Origin: Macrostomum lignano | Lineage: Eukaryota | NCBI GenBank assembly: GCA_002269645.1 | Contig: NIVC01000995.1 | Location: forward strand, 62,001 to 126,000 | Reading direction: 5' to 3' | Length of the DNA stretch: 64,000 nt | Shown here: piece after piece, positions 63,956 to 64,000 of the stretch | How positions within the stretch are numbered: the stretch's first letter is position 1 | Layout of the letters: the number at the start of each line of letters is the position of its first letter | Notes under the pieces: model-generated | What the model was told of the DNA's origin: nothing | The model's database searches: none | The model's input: only the letters and a program-made list of their open reading frames with translations | Made by a program: the position numbers and the translations under genes

Positions 63956-64000
63956 GCTATGTTCCCGCTGGGGGTTTCAACCATAGACACTTTCGTTTGA

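Overview
This is eukaryotic, intron-rich animal DNA with GC-rich exons. Nearly every intron holds its own minisatellite, so most long ORFs in the supplied track are repeat artefacts. The style suggests a flatworm such as Macrostomum (inference only; no search was run). Six spliced genes were reconstructed by hand with consistent exon phases: (1) a 13-exon ionotropic glutamate receptor (+, 67-16251) with a strongly divergent M3 gating motif; (2) RPL32 (-); (3) SARAF/TMEM66 (+), whose first coding exon is broken by a 1-nt frameshift and by a 2.58-kb hAT-type DNA transposon with an exact 8-bp TSD; (4) KEAP1 (-) with an intact Nrf2 pocket but a reduced set of sensor cysteines; (5) a divergent eIF5A (-) with hypusine loop KTGKHGSCK; (6) a Delta-type Notch ligand (+) running off the window end. 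Mobile DNA includes two different tRNA-derived SINEs, a Penelope-like GIY-YIG remnant with a minimal hammerhead ribozyme, a Merlin transposase remnant, a Harbinger deletion derivative and several MITE-like elements. No rRNA, genuine tRNA or CRISPR array was seen. Repeat boundaries are approximate (about 10-20 nt). Comparisons with reference proteins are from memory of the families and need checking by alignment.
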